Source of the DNA: an uncultured delta proteobacterium
GTDB lineage: Bacteria; Desulfobacterota; Binatia; Binatales; Binataceae
Assembly (NCBI GenBank): GCA_963724765.1
Contig: CAVRVY010000004.1
Coordinates: 352,001 to 416,000, forward strand
Reading direction: 5' to 3'
Length of the DNA: 64,000 nucleotides
This document shows positions 61,261 through 64,000 of this stretch, in pieces (the stretch's first letter is position 1; the number at the start of each line of letters is the position of its first letter). The notes under the pieces were generated by a model. That model saw nothing but the letters and a program-made list of their open reading frames with translations. It was not told where the DNA came from and searched no databases. The translations under genes were made by a program, and so were the position numbers.

Positions 61261-63678
61261 TCAGCTCACTTCAGCAGCCGAGACATCCTTTTCGATCATT
61301 TCCACGTCCTCGTCAGAGAGTTCGGCGCCCCGCTCCACGAACTTGGGCCGGATGATCGCAAAAATCGACGGCACCAGCGTGATCGCCGACAGCCAGTGCG
61401 TGATCATCAGCAACGCCAGCAGCATCGCCATCTCGGCCGAGAACCTTAGATCCGACATCCAGACCCACGGGATGACGCCACCCACTAGCGTGGTCGCCGT
61501 GAACGTAACCGCCATTCCCGAGGTCGCAATCGCCCGTTTGATAGCCGCATCATGATCGTGCAGGCGGCCGTACTCGCGCTTGATTCGGTCGACGACGTAC
61601 AGGATGTAGTCGACGCCGATTCCCATACCGACTGCGGTCACCGGCAAAGTGTTGATGTTCATGCCGATGCCCTTAAGGCCGATATATAGGAAGCTTACGA
61701 TACCGGCAGCGACCAGCGTAATCATGACCATGCCGCCGGCCACGAACGACATGTAACTGAACGTCACCAGTACGAACACCACCAACACGATCAGCACGGT
61801 GCTGACACGGTCGGAGTAGGCGACCTCGTCATTCAGTGCGGCCGTGGTGCCGATAGTGCCGCCGGCCAGAACGAACTTGACGTCTTGCATCGGATGCGCG
61901 GCCATAAACAGCTTGGTCCGCATGATCGCCTCATCGATGGTCGTGCCCTTGGCGTCCTTATAGAACACTACGAACTGCCCAGTGCGCGCATGGTAGTCCA
62001 TATACTCCAGGATCACACCGGGTACCGGAGCGTTGGCTTCATACATGAACGTCATGTTGCCGACACCGGCCTCAGTGCTCGGAATTACTGCCCACGCCGG
62101 ATCGTCGTAGTGATACAGGCGATTGACGCTGCGCACCAGGGTCGGCAAGTCTCGCGTGCCGCCGGCCTGGCTCTGCTCCATCATGTAATGGCGCAGGTTG
62201 TCGAGCACGGCCAGCACGGCCGGATCCTTGAGCGCGTCGTCTTTGTCGCCCTGCATGTAGATGACCAGTTGGTTGGAGCCGGCGAAGTCCTGATTGATCG
62301 CGCGCGCTGAAACGTTGAAGTTCGAATTCTGGAACAGCAATGGCGACCCTGCCTCGGTCTCGCCGATCTGCACTGAACTCGCCTCGTAGGCGCCCGCCGC
62401 CACGATCACCGCCGCAAGCGCGAAGACTACCCAACAACCGTTCCTGCTGGTGCAGAAGTCGCCCACCCAGGCAAGCAAGTCGTGCATCCACTGCGGCACG
62501 TAGTGAGCGGTCTTGGTCGGCGTCGGCAGGACGTCCAGCAGCAGCGGGATCAGTAGCAAAATCGTGAAGAGGTTGGAAAAGCCCCAGAAGCTCGCGAAGA
62601 AGGCCAGCTTTCGCACCAGCGGAATGGTCGCGACGGCCAGCACTAGGATGCCGGCGGCGTCGGCCAACACCCCGATTCCTCCCGGCAGCAGCAACTCGCC
62701 CATCGCGATCGCGACGGCGTGATGTTTATCGCCGGTAGCCTCAAGCTCCTCGAAATATCGCTCGACCATCTGCACGCCATGGCTGGCGGCGCGCGCTGAG
62801 ACCAGCAGCGGGATGACCAGCACCAACGGATCGAGGTTGTAACCCAGGATGCCGAGGAAGCCGAGGCCCCAGATAGCCTGTGTGATCGCGCCGATGACCG
62901 GCAGCAGCACCCCGTAGAGCCGGCGGAAGTAGATTACCAGCGTACCAAAGATGAAGATGAAGGTGACCGCGAAAATCTCCGCCAGTTCGCCGGTGTAGAA
63001 CCAGACCCACCCTTTCAGCATGGGCTCGCCCGCGGCGTACAGCACCGTGTTGTTATCCTCGACGTGCTGACGAATGAGCATGATCTGGTGCTGGATGTTG
63101 CCGTAGTCCAGACGTTCTTCGTTGAAGCCGGCTAGGACCAAAGCCGCCTTGCCATCGGTCGAAAGATACTTTCCGTAGACGATGTCATTGTTGTACATCG
63201 CCTTCTTGAGTTCCTTGAGGTCCTTCGGGTCGGTCGGAACTTGCTCGGGCAAGACCGGCACCGACTTGATGAGGCCGCCCGAGCGGGCCTCCAGGCGCCG
63301 GATTTTGACGTGCGCCAGCGAAGCCACCTGGTAATGGTTGACGCCATCTATCTGATCGACCTTCTCGGTGACGTAGCGGATTTTCTTCAGCGTGTTGGCG
63401 TTGAAGATGTCACCGTTCTTTACCCGCAGGGAAAGGCTGACGATGTTGGCGCCGCCGAAGGTCGTGCGATAGTGATTGTAGGCTTTAATGTATGGATGGG
63501 CCTGTGGAAGCAGATCGGAGAACTGGCTGTACATCTGCACCTTCGTCGCGTGGAAGGCAAAAAAGACCGTGATGATCGCCAGTATCACAAGCGTTGGCCA
63601 TCGATGCCTTAGAGAGAACCGCGCGATGCCGTGGGTGAGGCGTTCCGCCGCTGGTAACTTATTGACGTTGACTGCCAT
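61261..63678 (-). CDS. MMPL/RND-family transporter
   Basis: Two (TM + periplasmic domain + 5 TM) halves; LPQAHPY, AAGEP, GMGIGVDYILY, SGMAVTFTATTL. Confidence 0.92.
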   Translation of the reverse strand: MAVNVNKLPAAERLTHGIARFSLRHRWPTLVILAIITVFFAFHATKVQMYSQFSDLLPQAHPYIKAYNHYRTTFGGANIVSLSLRVKNGDIFNANTLKKIRYVTEKVDQIDGVNHYQVASLAHVKIRRLEARSGGLIKSVPVLPEQVPTDPKDLKELKKAMYNNDIVYGKYLSTDGKAALVLAGFNEERLDYGNIQHQIMLIRQHVEDNNTVLYAAGEPMLKGWVWFYTGELAEIFAVTFIFIFGTLVIYFRRLYGVLLPVIGAITQAIWGLGFLGILGYNLDPLVLVIPLLVSARAASHGVQMVERYFEELEATGDKHHAVAIAMGELLLPGGIGVLADAAGILVLAVATIPLVRKLAFFASFWGFSNLFTILLLIPLLLDVLPTPTKTAHYVPQWMHDLLAWVGDFCTSRNGCWVVFALAAVIVAAGAYEASSVQIGETEAGSPLLFQNSNFNVSARAINQDFAGSNQLVIYMQGDKDDALKDPAVLAVLDNLRHYMMEQSQAGGTRDLPTLVRSVNRLYHYDDPAWAVIPSTEAGVGNMTFMYEANAPVPGVILEYMDYHARTGQFVVFYKDAKGTTIDEAIMRTKLFMAAHPMQDVKFVLAGGTIGTTAALNDEVAYSDRVSTVLIVLVVFVLVTFSYMSFVAGGMVMITLVAAGIVSFLYIGLKGIGMNINTLPVTAVGMGIGVDYILYVVDRIKREYGRLHDHDAAIKRAIATSGMAVTFTATTLVGGVIPWVWMSDLRFSAEMAMLLALLMITHWLSAITLVPSIFAIIRPKFVERGAELSDEDVEMIEKDVSAAEVS

Positions 63679-63770
63679 TGAAATCCCTGCTTTTAACGTC
63701 GGGTTCGCTTGACGGCATGCCGCCTAGCCGTTGATCCCCGGATCATTCGACCTAGCCTATTTTGACCGAC

Positions 63771-64000
63771 TTAGCCCTTGGCGGCGGCAACACCGGCCGC
63801 CTCGATAATATCCTTGTTCAACGCGCCCCAGGTCGCACCGCCGTCGTGCGAGACCAGCACCGTTCCGTTCCCGCCGGTCATAATCCCCAGTGACCCGTCA
63901 GGCGAAAATGCCGCGCTTCTGAGCCAGGTATACACGCTGTTCGACACCGCCTGGTCCATCGTCCAACCGTTGCTGCCATCGTGAGCCACCGTTCCCAGCA
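63771..64000 (-). CDS. YCF48/BNR-repeat beta-propeller protein, C-terminal part (truncated by window edge)
   Basis: GGNGTVLVSHDGGATW Asp-box repeat and WLRSAAFSPDG; upstream of the RND gene. Confidence 0.8.
   Translation of the reverse strand, partial: LGTVAHDGSNGWTMDQAVSNSVYTWLRSAAFSPDGSLGIMTGGNGTVLVSHDGGATWGALNKDIIEAAGVAAAKG

Noticed and set aside
35027-64000. Integrative element or prophage at the tRNA
   Set aside because: No integrase, transposase, phage gene or duplicated tRNA 3' end found by eye.

Overview
GC-rich bacterial chromosomal window. Gene content and style suggest a deltaproteobacterium-like organism such as Candidatus Binatota (inference). About 60 CDS, one tRNA-Arg(CCG), and no integrase, transposase or CRISPR array. 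The left half is mostly housekeeping: an FTR1 iron permease with a Fur-like box, plsC, pmtA, queA-tgt-yajC-secD without secF, an acyl-CoA cluster built around a B12 mutase with isobutyryl-CoA-mutase specificity residues, and an alaC-hom-thrC-apgM-glpX operon whose GlpX has lost several catalytic residues. Right of the tRNA lies an accessory catabolic region: ampG, bioB, an oxoprolinase/hydantoinase A/B + omega-aminotransferase + frameshifted flavin monooxygenase cluster, a lactonase, LLM oxidoreductases, a CoA-transferase and lipoproteins. The window ends in a YCF48-MMPL/RND-DUF1302-HEAT-DUF1329 envelope operon, the best candidate here for a poorly described system. Features the ORF track does not explain include PHI-1-like and PAS gene remnants, a chain of two 4-codon uORFs, REP-like palindromes and a sigma54 promoter. 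All calls come from reading the sequence and recalling motifs; no searches were run.
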